A stretch of 64,000 nt of DNA from an uncultured Pelagibacteraceae bacterium (GTDB lineage Bacteria; Pseudomonadota; Alphaproteobacteria; Pelagibacterales; AG-422-B15), in assembly GCA_902524285.1 (NCBI GenBank), contig CABZCR010000004.1:11428-75427 (forward strand), in the 5' to 3' direction. Both the position numbers and the translations under genes were made by a program. Shown here piece by piece: positions 10,118 to 19,266 of the stretch. The first letter of the stretch is position 1. Each line of letters opens with the position of its first letter. A model generated the notes under the pieces. That model did not search any database. It had not been told where the DNA came from and was given only the letters and a program-made list of their open reading frames with translations.

Positions 10118-11200
10118 CTAATTTTTTCTTGCTTCAATAACCATATTACTTGCATTCTTTTTAACTACTTTACAGTTTTTAAACCCAGCTTCATTTAAAA
10201 CACTAATCAATCTTGCGGGACCTGCTTGCGCCCCAAGAGCTAATCCTACTTCTTGAGATTTTGAAGTTGGCACACAGCCTATTGTTGAAAAACAATAGTA
10301 CATTTGACCAAATAAATTAAAATTGTCCTCAGGATTATCGTTTGCTGTTGGTTCTATCAAAATTACTGAACCATCATCTTCTAGATGGTCATATGCATAT
10401 TTTGCTGCCCCAACAGGATCACCCATATCATGCAAACAGTCAAAAAAAGCAATATAATCATGCTTACCCTCATAACTTTTCGCATCAGCAGTTGAATATT
10501 TAATACGTTGTTCTAGACCTGCTTTCTTTGCTAGTTTTTTAGCTTCATCAATTGAAGGACCATGAATATCGTATCCACAGACTATCGCGTTAGGAAATGT
10601 TTCGGCTATAATCATTGTTGATAAACCATAACCGCAACCAATATCAGCAAAGCTTGCACCAGAATTCATTCGTTTCTCAAGGTTTTCTATTTTTGGTAAC
10701 CAGCTATTTACTAAATTTTTTTCATAAGATGGCTTGAAGAATCTTGCGGTACCTTGAAAGCAAATTGGGCATGAGTCTTTATAGTCAACACCATCTCCTG
10801 TTTTAAAGGCCTCCTTCACTTTTTCTTCATTATAAATAGCACCTGTTAGCATATCGTATGCCCCCATCATTGATGCAGGACCATCATCACTTGCAAAAAC
10901 AGCAATTTGTTCAGGCGATAGAGAAAATTTTTTTTTATTAGAGTCGTAATTTGCAAAACCTGCGGCTGACATTGCATACAGCCACTCCCTAAGATATCTT
11001 TCGTCAAGGTTAGATACTTTTGCCAATGTCTCTGAACTTGCTTCACCCAACTCTGATAAATGTTTGAAAATTCCAAGTTGATCTCCAATTCTCATTAATG
11101 GAATTATGGCTGAGGCAGAAACATCCTGCATTACCTTTAATTGAAGCTCTTTTAATTTATCTGGATTTATTTGACTTAAATTCATCATTACCTCCTTCAA
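10118..11200 (-). CDS. Class I SAM-dependent methyltransferase with N-terminal winged-helix domain (Rv2258c-like)
   Basis: 360 aa. SAM motif I is FADIGCGYGLSTMIIAETFP, followed by an acidic loop GYDIH. The N-terminal ~100 aa are helix-turn-helix-like (ETLAKVSNLDERYLREWLYAMSAAGF). The exact start (M1, M5 or M6) is uncertain. Confidence 0.8.
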   Translation of the reverse strand: MKEVMMNLSQINPDKLKELQLKVMQDVSASAIIPLMRIGDQLGIFKHLSELGEASSETLAKVSNLDERYLREWLYAMSAAGFANYDSNKKKFSLSPEQIAVFASDDGPASMMGAYDMLTGAIYNEEKVKEAFKTGDGVDYKDSCPICFQGTARFFKPSYEKNLVNSWLPKIENLEKRMNSGASFADIGCGYGLSTMIIAETFPNAIVCGYDIHGPSIDEAKKLAKKAGLEQRIKYSTADAKSYEGKHDYIAFFDCLHDMGDPVGAAKYAYDHLEDDGSVILIEPTANDNPEDNFNLFGQMYYCFSTIGCVPTSKSQEVGLALGAQAGPARLISVLNEAGFKNCKVVKKNASNMVIEARKN

Positions 11201-11278
11201 TATGATGTTTAATACTTATAATAATAGATTTACTTTATCTTAAGTGTTAACTTTAAATATTATAATTACTTTTAAAAT

Positions 11279-12265
11279 ATGATGTTAAAGAGTTTTCTTA
11301 AATGGTTTTTTACAATTTTCTTCTTACTTATATTTTTTTTACTATATAACTCGATTTATTTTGATATCCCGCGTGATGAAATAGAGAACAAATACGCTAA
11401 ACCGCCATCAGATTTCATTATTTTGGATGACGGCTCAAGAATACATTACAGAGATGAAGGTAATCCTAATGGTCCAACAATCTTTTTACTACATGGTTTT
11501 ACCTCTTCTTTGTTTAGTTTTGAAAAATTAACTCCATTGATAAATCAAGAATATCGCATCATTAGTTTTGATTTTCCAGGTTTTGGACTTACAGGAGCAG
11601 TTCCAAATCGAGACTATTCATTTGAAGCTTTATTAAAAACAGTTAAAAAAATGAAGAATAAACTTGAGGTGGAAAACTTTACTATCTTAGGACATTCTAT
11701 GGGCGGTAGAGTTGCGTGGTATTATGCAGCACAAAATCCAAATGAAATAGATGGCTTGATAATAATTGGATCAGGTGTAATAGCTGACAATGACGATCTT
11801 AAAAAAGTAAAAGAAAATACCGGTGATCCGATTATATTTGATTTATTAAGAACGGATTTCCCATTTAAAAACCAGTTGTTATATATAACTCCAAGATTTT
11901 TTGCATCCCAAGGAGCTAAAACTGCAATTTTTGATCACACATTAGTTACTGATGAATTAGTCACTCAATATCATGAAATTGCTTTACTTGAGGGCTCGAG
12001 AATGGCGTTTGGTGATATGATGTCAGGTATTAATGATGAAGACTTCCTAGATGATATAGATTTATTAAAAAGTATAGAAAGTCCTACATTAGTTATACAT
12101 GGAGAAAAAGATAATCTAGTTTCACTCTGGTCAGTTGATTATTTCATAAAGAATATTGCTCAAGCAGAATACAAACTGTATCCAAATATTGGTCATTTCC
12201 CAGTTTATGAAAACCCTCTACAATCAGCCAGTGATATAAATAAATTTCTACTTTCTTTAAAATGA
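11279..12265 (+). CDS. Alpha/beta-fold hydrolase, membrane-anchored
   Basis: 328 aa with an N-terminal TM segment. It has an HGF oxyanion motif (IFLLHGFTSS), the nucleophile elbow GHSMGG, and a C-terminal His in GHFPVYE. Confidence 0.85.
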   Translation: MMLKSFLKWFFTIFFLLIFFLLYNSIYFDIPRDEIENKYAKPPSDFIILDDGSRIHYRDEGNPNGPTIFLLHGFTSSLFSFEKLTPLINQEYRIISFDFPGFGLTGAVPNRDYSFEALLKTVKKMKNKLEVENFTILGHSMGGRVAWYYAAQNPNEIDGLIIIGSGVIADNDDLKKVKENTGDPIIFDLLRTDFPFKNQLLYITPRFFASQGAKTAIFDHTLVTDELVTQYHEIALLEGSRMAFGDMMSGINDEDFLDDIDLLKSIESPTLVIHGEKDNLVSLWSVDYFIKNIAQAEYKLYPNIGHFPVYENPLQSASDINKFLLSLK

Positions 12266-13575
12266 TATCTGAAAAAATATTACTACCATGCGGCGTTGAA
12301 GTCAAAAATAGGTTTTTAAAATCTGCTATGACAGAAGGGCTTGCAGATGCAAATGCTGAAGCAAATATTAAGCATCAAGCACTTTATACTCGATGGGCAA
12401 GAGGAGGAGTCGGAATTTCAGTTACTGGTAATGTTCAAGTTGATCATCGATATATTGAACGAGCTGGTAATGTTGTAATTGAGGGAAAACAGTCTAATGA
12501 AAGTTTAGCCGCGTTAGCCGACTGGTCCAAAGCTGGAACACAAAATAATACTCACCTATGGATGCAATTAAGTCATGCTGGCAGGCAGACGCCTTTTAGT
12601 ATTAACAAAGAGAGCAGAGCACCCTCTGTCCAACCTTTACCTACCTTGGGAGGAGTTCTAAAGTTTGGAGTACCAAAAGAACTAAGTAAATCCGAAATCT
12701 TGAATATAATTGATCAATTTGTAAATGCCGCTGAGGTTGCAAAGCAAACAGGGTTCACCGGCGTTCAACTGCATTCAGCACACGGCTATCTTCTCTCAGA
12801 ATTCTTATCACCAAATGTTAATCAACGAACTGATGAGTGGGGAGGTAGCATTGAAAATCGATCAAGATTACTAATTACAACAATTGAAGCGATCCGAGAT
12901 AAAGTTGGACGTAATTTTCCTATTTCAATTAAACTTAATTCAAGTGATTTTCAAAAAGGGGGATTTTCTCACGAAGAAAGTATTGAAGTTGCTAAAATAT
13001 TAAATAATACGTCATTAGATTTGCTTGAAATTTCTGGTGGAACCTATGAAAATTTTACTGCACTAGAAATTGATTCATTGAACCTTAAAAAAGCAAAAAC
13101 AATTAAACCTCAGCGCAGTACAAAAGTAAGAGAAGCTTATTTCTTGAAATATGCTGAAGCAATTAAAGAAGTTATATCAATCCCATTAGCTGTAACAGGA
13201 GGATTTCGGTCTACAGAGGGCATGAACAATGCTCTTCAAAGTGGTGCTTGTGATGTAATCGGTTTGGGAAGACCACTTTGCTCTGAGCCCAATATTGTAA
13301 ATGAATTAATAAGCGGTGAAAAAAGATCAGCAACTCTATATGAAAATATGTTGGAATTTGGTCCGTGGATTCTTGGCTTAAATAGCCCGATATCACTTAT
13401 GCGATCTAATAATAAAGCCGCTCAAGTTTATTGGTGTTATCGACAAATATTAAAAATAGCTGACGGCAATGAGGTTGATACAAAGCTGGGACTTTTTAAA
13501 GCATTTCTCGATCACTTTAGAGACGACTCTGCTAATAGCAAAAAATACAAAGCCTTTTGGAAAGATTTAGATTGA
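12262..13575 (+). CDS. NADH:flavin oxidoreductase (Old Yellow Enzyme family)
   Basis: 437 aa whose start overlaps the hydrolase stop (ATGA). OYE motifs are SAMTEGLAD, QLSHAGRQ and HSAHGYLLSEFLSPNVNQRTDEWGGSIENRSRL. Confidence 0.88.
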   Translation: MISEKILLPCGVEVKNRFLKSAMTEGLADANAEANIKHQALYTRWARGGVGISVTGNVQVDHRYIERAGNVVIEGKQSNESLAALADWSKAGTQNNTHLWMQLSHAGRQTPFSINKESRAPSVQPLPTLGGVLKFGVPKELSKSEILNIIDQFVNAAEVAKQTGFTGVQLHSAHGYLLSEFLSPNVNQRTDEWGGSIENRSRLLITTIEAIRDKVGRNFPISIKLNSSDFQKGGFSHEESIEVAKILNNTSLDLLEISGGTYENFTALEIDSLNLKKAKTIKPQRSTKVREAYFLKYAEAIKEVISIPLAVTGGFRSTEGMNNALQSGACDVIGLGRPLCSEPNIVNELISGEKRSATLYENMLEFGPWILGLNSPISLMRSNNKAAQVYWCYRQILKIADGNEVDTKLGLFKAFLDHFRDDSANSKKYKAFWKDLD

Positions 13576-14102
13576 AAAAAATTATTTTTATTCTGTTACT
13601 TTTAAATTCATCTTTTGTATTGGCTGATCAAAAAGATAGCCGACTGAACATTTTATTTGATAAGTTACTTTCAAGTAATGACAATATGCAAGCCAGCACT
13701 ATCTTAGCTGACATTTGGAATATTTGGTCAATTGCAGAAAATGTTGAAGCTCAAAAAATATTCGATGAAGGCAATAATATGATGGATCGTGGAAGCTTAG
13801 AAGAAGCAATAACTTTATTTACGCAGGTAATTGATCTTAAACCTGACTTTGCAGAAGGATGGAACAAAAGAGCTACTGTTCTCTTTTTAAAAGGTGAATT
13901 AGAGGCTTCAATTTCTGATATCCAAAAAACTCTTGAACTAGAACCAAGACACTTTGGAGCACTTGATGGGCTTGCGGAAATCTATTTAATTCAAGACGAT
14001 CTTTTAGGAGCTGCAGCAACGTATAAAAGAATTCTAGAAATTATTCCAACAAGTAAAAAATCTCAAGACCGACTCAAATTAATTAATGAACTTATTGTTT
14101 AA
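13557..14102 (+). CDS. TPR-repeat protein with signal peptide
   Basis: There is no ATG; the track start is a TTG at 13557. An in-frame TTG at 13572, overlapping the upstream stop as TTGA, gives MKKIIFILLLLNSSFVLA and is at least as plausible. TPR-like repeats follow (AITLFTQVIDLKPDFAEGWNKRA..., DIQKTLELEPRHFGAL...). Confidence 0.7.
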   Translation: MERFRLKKIIFILLLLNSSFVLADQKDSRLNILFDKLLSSNDNMQASTILADIWNIWSIAENVEAQKIFDEGNNMMDRGSLEEAITLFTQVIDLKPDFAEGWNKRATVLFLKGELEASISDIQKTLELEPRHFGALDGLAEIYLIQDDLLGAAATYKRILEIIPTSKKSQDRLKLINELIV

Positions 14103-14104
14103 CG

Positions 14105-14665
14105 ATGTGTGGGCGTTTCGTTCTCTCTGACAAAAAAGTTATTAAAGAAAAATTTAATGTTGAACTATCACCCTCATATAACATAGCACCGTCACAAGAT
14201 GTATTGGTTATAAAACCAGATCCCATTTTTATGAAATGGTCATATTCACCAAAATGGAAAGATGATATGAACTTGATTAATTGTCGTCACGAAACTTTAT
14301 TAGAAAAGCCTTCTTTTAAGGGATCACTTAGATGTGTTTTTCTTGCAAATGGGTGGTATGAATGGCAAAGGCAAAACGACTCTAAAACGCCTTTTTTTCA
14401 TTATATTGAAAATGAATTGTTGTATTTTGCTGGTATTTATAATTTGAATAGTGGATGTGCAATTGTAACTTGCCAGTCAAGTGAAACTGTTTCTCGTGTG
14501 CATCATAGACAACCTTTGCTTTTAGACGAATTTCAAATAACTGAATGGATAGAAGGAAAGCATGAAATTGAAAGAAAAAAAGACGATCGAGTTCAAGTTT
14601 ATGAAGTCTCAAAAAATGTTAATAGTCCTCGTAACAATAGCCCTGAGTTGTTAGATAAATCTTAA
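14105..14665 (+). CDS. SOS-response-associated peptidase (SRAP/YedK family, abasic-site crosslinking)
   Basis: 186 aa. The N-terminal MCGRF carries the Cys2 nucleophile. Other family motifs are YNIAPSQ, NCRHET, GWYEW and HHRQPLLL. It is somewhat shorter than typical family members. Confidence 0.85.
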   Translation: MCGRFVLSDKKVIKEKFNVELSPSYNIAPSQDVLVIKPDPIFMKWSYSPKWKDDMNLINCRHETLLEKPSFKGSLRCVFLANGWYEWQRQNDSKTPFFHYIENELLYFAGIYNLNSGCAIVTCQSSETVSRVHHRQPLLLDEFQITEWIEGKHEIERKKDDRVQVYEVSKNVNSPRNNSPELLDKS

Positions 14666-14681
14666 TCTGTATAATTACATA

Positions 14682-16286
14682 ATGAGTAAATTTTATGCGT
14701 TCATAGACAGCACTTTTATTGATTTAGGAAGGCAATTTAAATTAAGTTATCTACCGCCTTTGATGATATATGTTGCTGCTGGTGTTTCAGGTTTAACCGG
14801 AATAGTTGGTACCTTTTTTGTTAAAGATTATCTGAATCTTTCGGCTGCTTTTTTAGCAGGACTTGGTTTTTGGGCAGGAATTCCATGGGCATTAAAGATG
14901 CCACTTGGTCATTTAGTTGATCTTATCTGGGAAAGAAAAAATTATCTTGTTTATGTAGGCGCATCACTCATCGCTTTAAGTCTTGCTATCATGTTTGGCC
15001 TTATTATTCATACTGACTTCATGGTAAGGTACTTAAGTGTTGAAACTTGGTATGTTATTAGCGTTCTCTTAGCTCCGATAGGTTATGTGGTTCAAGACGT
15101 TGTTGCTGATGCAATGACGGTTGAAGCGGTCCCAAACATAGATCCTAAAGGAAACCAATACTCACCTGATGTAATAAAAAATATGCATACCACCATGCAG
15201 ACACTAGGTAGATTTGCTATTATTGGTGGTACAGTAATTGTTGCTTTAATTAATGTTGTTATTTTCAGTAGCGTTGAGGCTGAAACAGAACAAGAAAAAA
15301 TAATTTTGTACGGGAAAATTTTCCTCTTCGCATTGGTCATTCCGATCATATCAGTATTAGGTGTATTACTTTCAATTTATCTAAAAAAGAAAAAAAATGA
15401 TCAACTTTCAAAGTTGGGCATAGATCACCAAATTAAAATTGAAAAAACTAAGGTTGATTGGTGGATACTTGGAGGCTCTCTCGTTTTTGTAATTTTTACA
15501 CTTAGCGTGGGAGGATTTAATCTTCCGTATGCTCAAGAGATCGTATTTATTGGATCAGTAAGTATTATATTTTTTCTGATGGCTAAACTAATGCGTGAAC
15601 TTCCTGAGTCGATGCGACTAACAATTTTAGGAACCGCAATTATAATATTTGTTTTCAGAGCAATGCCAGGCCCAGGCCCAGGCCTTACCTGGTTTGAGAT
15701 TGATAATTTAGGATTTGATGAGCAGTTCTTTTCTGTGCTTTCTCTTCTTGCTTCCTGTTTGACTTTACTTGGTATCATTATTTTAAGGCCTTTCATGGTC
15801 AATAACTCAATTGCAAAAATTATAGTTATATTATCAATTGCTGGAGCAATATTATTTTTGCCAAGTGTTGGCATGTATTATGGATTTCATGAATGGACCT
15901 CGTCATTAACAAATGATGTTGTAGATGCTAGGTTTATTGCAATATTTAATACAGCTTTAGAGTCACCTTTAGGACAAGTTTCAATGATTCCACTTCTTGC
16001 GTGGATTGCAAGAAATGCTCCAGCTCATCTAAAGGCTACATTTTTTGCTGTTTTTGCATCGTTCACAAATTTAGCTCTATCAGCAAGTGCATTGCTTACA
16101 AAGTATCTCAATCAAATTTACGAAGTAACGAGAGAAGTTAAGGATAAGGTAACAAATGAGATACTTTCAATTGCTGATTATTCTGACCTTGGTGTTTTAT
16201 TGATTGTTGTAACTCTGCTCACCCTTTTGGTACCTACAATTTCTGTTATACTCGTTCAGAAAACTAGTCTAAAAACGGATGAATAA
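14682..16286 (+). CDS. Multi-pass membrane transporter, BT1 (folate-biopterin transporter)-like MFS
   Basis: 534 aa with about 12 hydrophobic segments. The N-terminal pattern FVKDYLNLSAAFLAGLGFWAGIPWALKMPLGHLVDL resembles the BT1-family signature around the first loop. The substrate is unknown. Confidence 0.65.
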   Translation: MSKFYAFIDSTFIDLGRQFKLSYLPPLMIYVAAGVSGLTGIVGTFFVKDYLNLSAAFLAGLGFWAGIPWALKMPLGHLVDLIWERKNYLVYVGASLIALSLAIMFGLIIHTDFMVRYLSVETWYVISVLLAPIGYVVQDVVADAMTVEAVPNIDPKGNQYSPDVIKNMHTTMQTLGRFAIIGGTVIVALINVVIFSSVEAETEQEKIILYGKIFLFALVIPIISVLGVLLSIYLKKKKNDQLSKLGIDHQIKIEKTKVDWWILGGSLVFVIFTLSVGGFNLPYAQEIVFIGSVSIIFFLMAKLMRELPESMRLTILGTAIIIFVFRAMPGPGPGLTWFEIDNLGFDEQFFSVLSLLASCLTLLGIIILRPFMVNNSIAKIIVILSIAGAILFLPSVGMYYGFHEWTSSLTNDVVDARFIAIFNTALESPLGQVSMIPLLAWIARNAPAHLKATFFAVFASFTNLALSASALLTKYLNQIYEVTREVKDKVTNEILSIADYSDLGVLLIVVTLLTLLVPTISVILVQKTSLKTDE

Positions 16287-16289
16287 TTA

Positions 16290-16457
16290 ATGAAAAATGT
16301 ATTACAGATTCTAGGCGTTTTTTTTGTAGGCGCCCTAATAGGTTTTATTTTATTAAGCTTTGGTCTGTCGGTAGATATTTCAATGATGACAGGTACAGTT
16401 GTAATCCTTGTACTGGCTTACCTTGTTACTAAACAAAACAACAAGGAAAGAAAATAA
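16290..16457 (+). CDS. Small (55 aa) two-helix membrane protein, hypothetical
   Basis: Not in the ORF track; I translated it by hand as MKNVLQILGVFFVGALIGFILLSFGLSVDISMMTGTVVILVLAYLVTKQNNKERK. It starts 3 nt after the transporter stop, and its TAA overlaps the next ATG (TAATG at 16455-16459), so it exactly fills an otherwise 170-nt gap in a spacer-free operon. Confidence 0.45.
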   Translation: MKNVLQILGVFFVGALIGFILLSFGLSVDISMMTGTVVILVLAYLVTKQNNKERK

Positions 16458-17311
16458 TGGTTCAAATTCCAAGTGATCAGATTAAATCTAGAGAAATACT
16501 TAATTGGAAGGGTTTGCATTTATTTCATTTTAGAACTTCATCATGTTCACAAAAACTTAGGATCTATTTAAATCTAAAAAAAATTTCATGGACACCTCAC
16601 AGCATTAATCTTGCTACAGGTAAAAACTATTCAGAATTCTTTCTAGGTATCAATCCTAAAGGCCTGGTCCCTGTTCTTGTAGATGACGGTCGTGTAGAAA
16701 TTGAGAGTAATGATATTCTTATGTACCTTGAGAATAAATTTCCTGAAAACCCACTTGTTCCTGACTCCGATACAACAGAAATTAGTACGTTGTTAAAAGA
16801 AGAAGATGATTTACATGAAGATATAAGAAATATTGCTTATCGATATATGTTTGGTGGACTTGGTAAAAAAAACCCTAACGAATTAGATGCCTTTGAGAAA
16901 TATAAATCATCAAATAGTGAGTTGGATTATCTAAAATTAAAAGAAGTAAAGTTTTATAAGTCATTTCGCGAAAACGGAATAACTGATGAAGCAGTTAGAA
17001 ACTCACTCAATAATTTTTGTAAATGCTATGATAAATACGAATCTCTATTAAATAAGCAAAAATACTTAATAGGCAGTAATCTCTCAATGCTTGATCTTGC
17101 CTGGTTTATTTATACATATAGGCTTTATGTCTCAGGGTTTCCATTTAAAGAACGCTATCCAAAAATATCTTCATGGTTTCTTGATCTTTATTCTCGAAAA
17201 GAATTTTTTAAAGAGGTTAATGATCCGTTACCTCTAAAGCTAATTAGACTTTACGCCAAGACAGCAACGTCTTTGAGTGGAAAGTCAATTAAAGCTCTGC
17301 TTTCAACATAA
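16457..17311 (+). CDS. Glutathione S-transferase-like protein (zeta-like SSCS motif, extended)
   Basis: 284 aa. FHFRTSSCSQKLRIYLNLKKI resembles the zeta-class/maleyl-isomerase SSCxxRxRIAL motif, and GLVPVLVDDGRVEIESNDILMYL is a GST N-domain. It is longer than canonical GSTs, with an N-terminal extension and an internal insert. Confidence 0.7.
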   Translation: MVQIPSDQIKSREILNWKGLHLFHFRTSSCSQKLRIYLNLKKISWTPHSINLATGKNYSEFFLGINPKGLVPVLVDDGRVEIESNDILMYLENKFPENPLVPDSDTTEISTLLKEEDDLHEDIRNIAYRYMFGGLGKKNPNELDAFEKYKSSNSELDYLKLKEVKFYKSFRENGITDEAVRNSLNNFCKCYDKYESLLNKQKYLIGSNLSMLDLAWFIYTYRLYVSGFPFKERYPKISSWFLDLYSRKEFFKEVNDPLPLKLIRLYAKTATSLSGKSIKALLST

Positions 17312-18633
17312 TGACTGCCCAAGACAGATCATACGTACTTGAGGGATACTATAAATCTCATTGGCCTGTTGAATGTGGTGGAAATCGACGTCAAAAAGCA
17401 ACTAAAGGATCGTTAAACGCTCGTGAAAAAAAAGCTGTCGTACAAAGCATCCGAAATGAACGCTGGAATGTTATGACAATTTACCGCGATAATAATGAAA
17501 TTTTTTTGGGCGGCACGATGCCAAGCTTTACTGGTCCAGAACCGTTTGGATGGCTTCAAAAAATTGAACCTGAGACGTTGGAAATATTAGGGGAAACTCC
17601 AAAATTACCATGTGGAGGTCACGTCTGGTGTGGTGCTATCGCAGCACATCAAAACGGCAAAATCATCAAGGTTAATGGAAACTACATGCACAGTATTTCA
17701 AAAGATTGTGAAGTAGTTAAAGAATCAAAATTGCCAATTGATCAGGCACATAACGGTTTACTAGTATTATCAGATGGAACAATCGTCACTAAAGATTTAC
17801 GTTTAGATGGTCAAGGTCCTTCAACAATTACAAGATTAGATCAAAATCTAGATGTTTTACATGAACCCATGCAATTGCCTGAAGGATCTATGGGAAGAAT
17901 TGCCTCAGACAAAACAGAAGATGGTGAGTTCATTTTTATTCCAGGTATCGAAAAAATATGGAAAATAAAAGTTCTGCCTAACGATCTAGAAGTTACTTCA
18001 GACTGGTCACCTAATTATAGGAAATCAAATGATGATCAAGGATTATCATGGGATGGCTGTATATCAGATGGATCACTCTGGCTGATGAACAACGGAGACA
18101 TCGACTCATTAAGAGCGATTTATTCAACTCATCCAAATGGCAGATTTAAAACTGCACCAAAAGAATTAAGTTGGAGACGTCCTGCTCCTTGGTCATGTAA
18201 GCAAAGGCTTTATAGATTTGATTTAATGTCAGAACAATTTGAATATATCGAACCATTTGAACATCATGGAGGGGGTATTATTGCACCACCCGTAAATATT
18301 CCTGAATGTAATATCTGTGTATGCTGGGATAGTATAAATGGTGGCATAGCAGGTATTGACACATCAAACAATTCGTTAAAAATATCGTGGAAGATTGATA
18401 GTCTTAGACCAACAATGCAACCGGTTGTGTTTCCTGAAAGCAAAGAGCTAGTAATTAATAGTTTCGAAAATAATGACGATCACTTAGTGGTAATAGACCT
18501 ATCTAGTGGAGAAATACTCTCAAAGGTTGCACTCAATTCACCTCTTGCCAATGGCATGTTTTTAACGCCAGGCTTAAAGAATGATATTTTTTATTGCTCA
18601 ACAAGAACCTTTGCACGAGTATCTTGGAAGTAA
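17311..18633 (+). CDS. Conserved-looking hypothetical protein, 440 aa, probably beta-rich/propeller-like; function unknown
   Basis: Its ATG overlaps the GST-like stop (TAATG at 17309-17313). There is no signal peptide. Recurrent short beta-strand-like hydrophobic/Gly-Asp turns (LLVLSDGTIV, DGSLWLMNNGD, HLVVIDLSSGEIL) suggest a repeat fold. I recognise no family motif. Confidence 0.6.
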   Translation: MTAQDRSYVLEGYYKSHWPVECGGNRRQKATKGSLNAREKKAVVQSIRNERWNVMTIYRDNNEIFLGGTMPSFTGPEPFGWLQKIEPETLEILGETPKLPCGGHVWCGAIAAHQNGKIIKVNGNYMHSISKDCEVVKESKLPIDQAHNGLLVLSDGTIVTKDLRLDGQGPSTITRLDQNLDVLHEPMQLPEGSMGRIASDKTEDGEFIFIPGIEKIWKIKVLPNDLEVTSDWSPNYRKSNDDQGLSWDGCISDGSLWLMNNGDIDSLRAIYSTHPNGRFKTAPKELSWRRPAPWSCKQRLYRFDLMSEQFEYIEPFEHHGGGIIAPPVNIPECNICVCWDSINGGIAGIDTSNNSLKISWKIDSLRPTMQPVVFPESKELVINSFENNDDHLVVIDLSSGEILSKVALNSPLANGMFLTPGLKNDIFYCSTRTFARVSWK

Positions 18634-18711
18634 ATTTGAACTAATATTTATTCTTTCAAAGGTAAGTATTTTAATTAGAATTTGTAAAAAACAAAATATA
18701 GGAGACAAAAT

Positions 18712-19005
18712 ATGGAATTTTGTAATGCCGTGAGGTTTAAAGTTAAAAAAGGTTGTGAAGAAGAATACTTAGAAATAAACAAAAGTTTTGAAAATTTACC
18801 GGGTCAGAAAATGAGTCGTCTTTTTAAAACAGGAGACCGTACATATTGTTTTATTGGAATTTGGGAATCTGAGGAAGCTATAGCCGCTCAAAGAGAAAAT
18901 ATGATTGGAAACCTGGATAAAGTTAGACACTTACTAGAGGAATTATCTCCTGAATTAGGCGTAACTGATCCTGTTTCAGGAACGGTTGTTCTTGATTATA
19001 GCTGA
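18712..19005 (+). CDS. Small ABM/Dabb-like alpha-beta barrel protein (putative)
   Basis: 97 aa, preceded by an AGGAGA Shine-Dalgarno. The pattern CFIGIWESEEAIAAQRENM resembles the ABM fold (xxWxSxEAxxA). The assignment is tentative. Confidence 0.5.
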   Translation: MEFCNAVRFKVKKGCEEEYLEINKSFENLPGQKMSRLFKTGDRTYCFIGIWESEEAIAAQRENMIGNLDKVRHLLEELSPELGVTDPVSGTVVLDYS

Positions 19006-19266
19006 TAAATCAGGTTAAAATCTTTCTATGCATTTAGATTTACCAGAGCTGTTATTTGGCATACCTTTGCACTTAACACTTTTGTGTATTTCTAAATTTT
19101 ACGCAAACAGATCATATGATGAAGCAGCAAGATATTTTAGTAAGGCGAGTAAAGTTTAAAAATTTGCTTCCACCTGTAATTAAGCTAGTCATCAAAAGAA
19201 AATGTAATTTAAGTTTAATTGACTTAAACAAAACAATTAGATCATCTAAAATATATCATTAATAAT

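Noticed and set aside
19028-19159. 43-codon ORF (MHLDLPELLFGIPLHLTLLCISKFYANRSYDEAARYFSKASKV) in the 261-bp spacer upstream of the PEAMT-like methyltransferase.
   Set aside because: It has no SD, no recognisable motif, and no coupling to neighbours. It could be chance in AT-rich DNA. I kept only a note that the spacer is unusually long.
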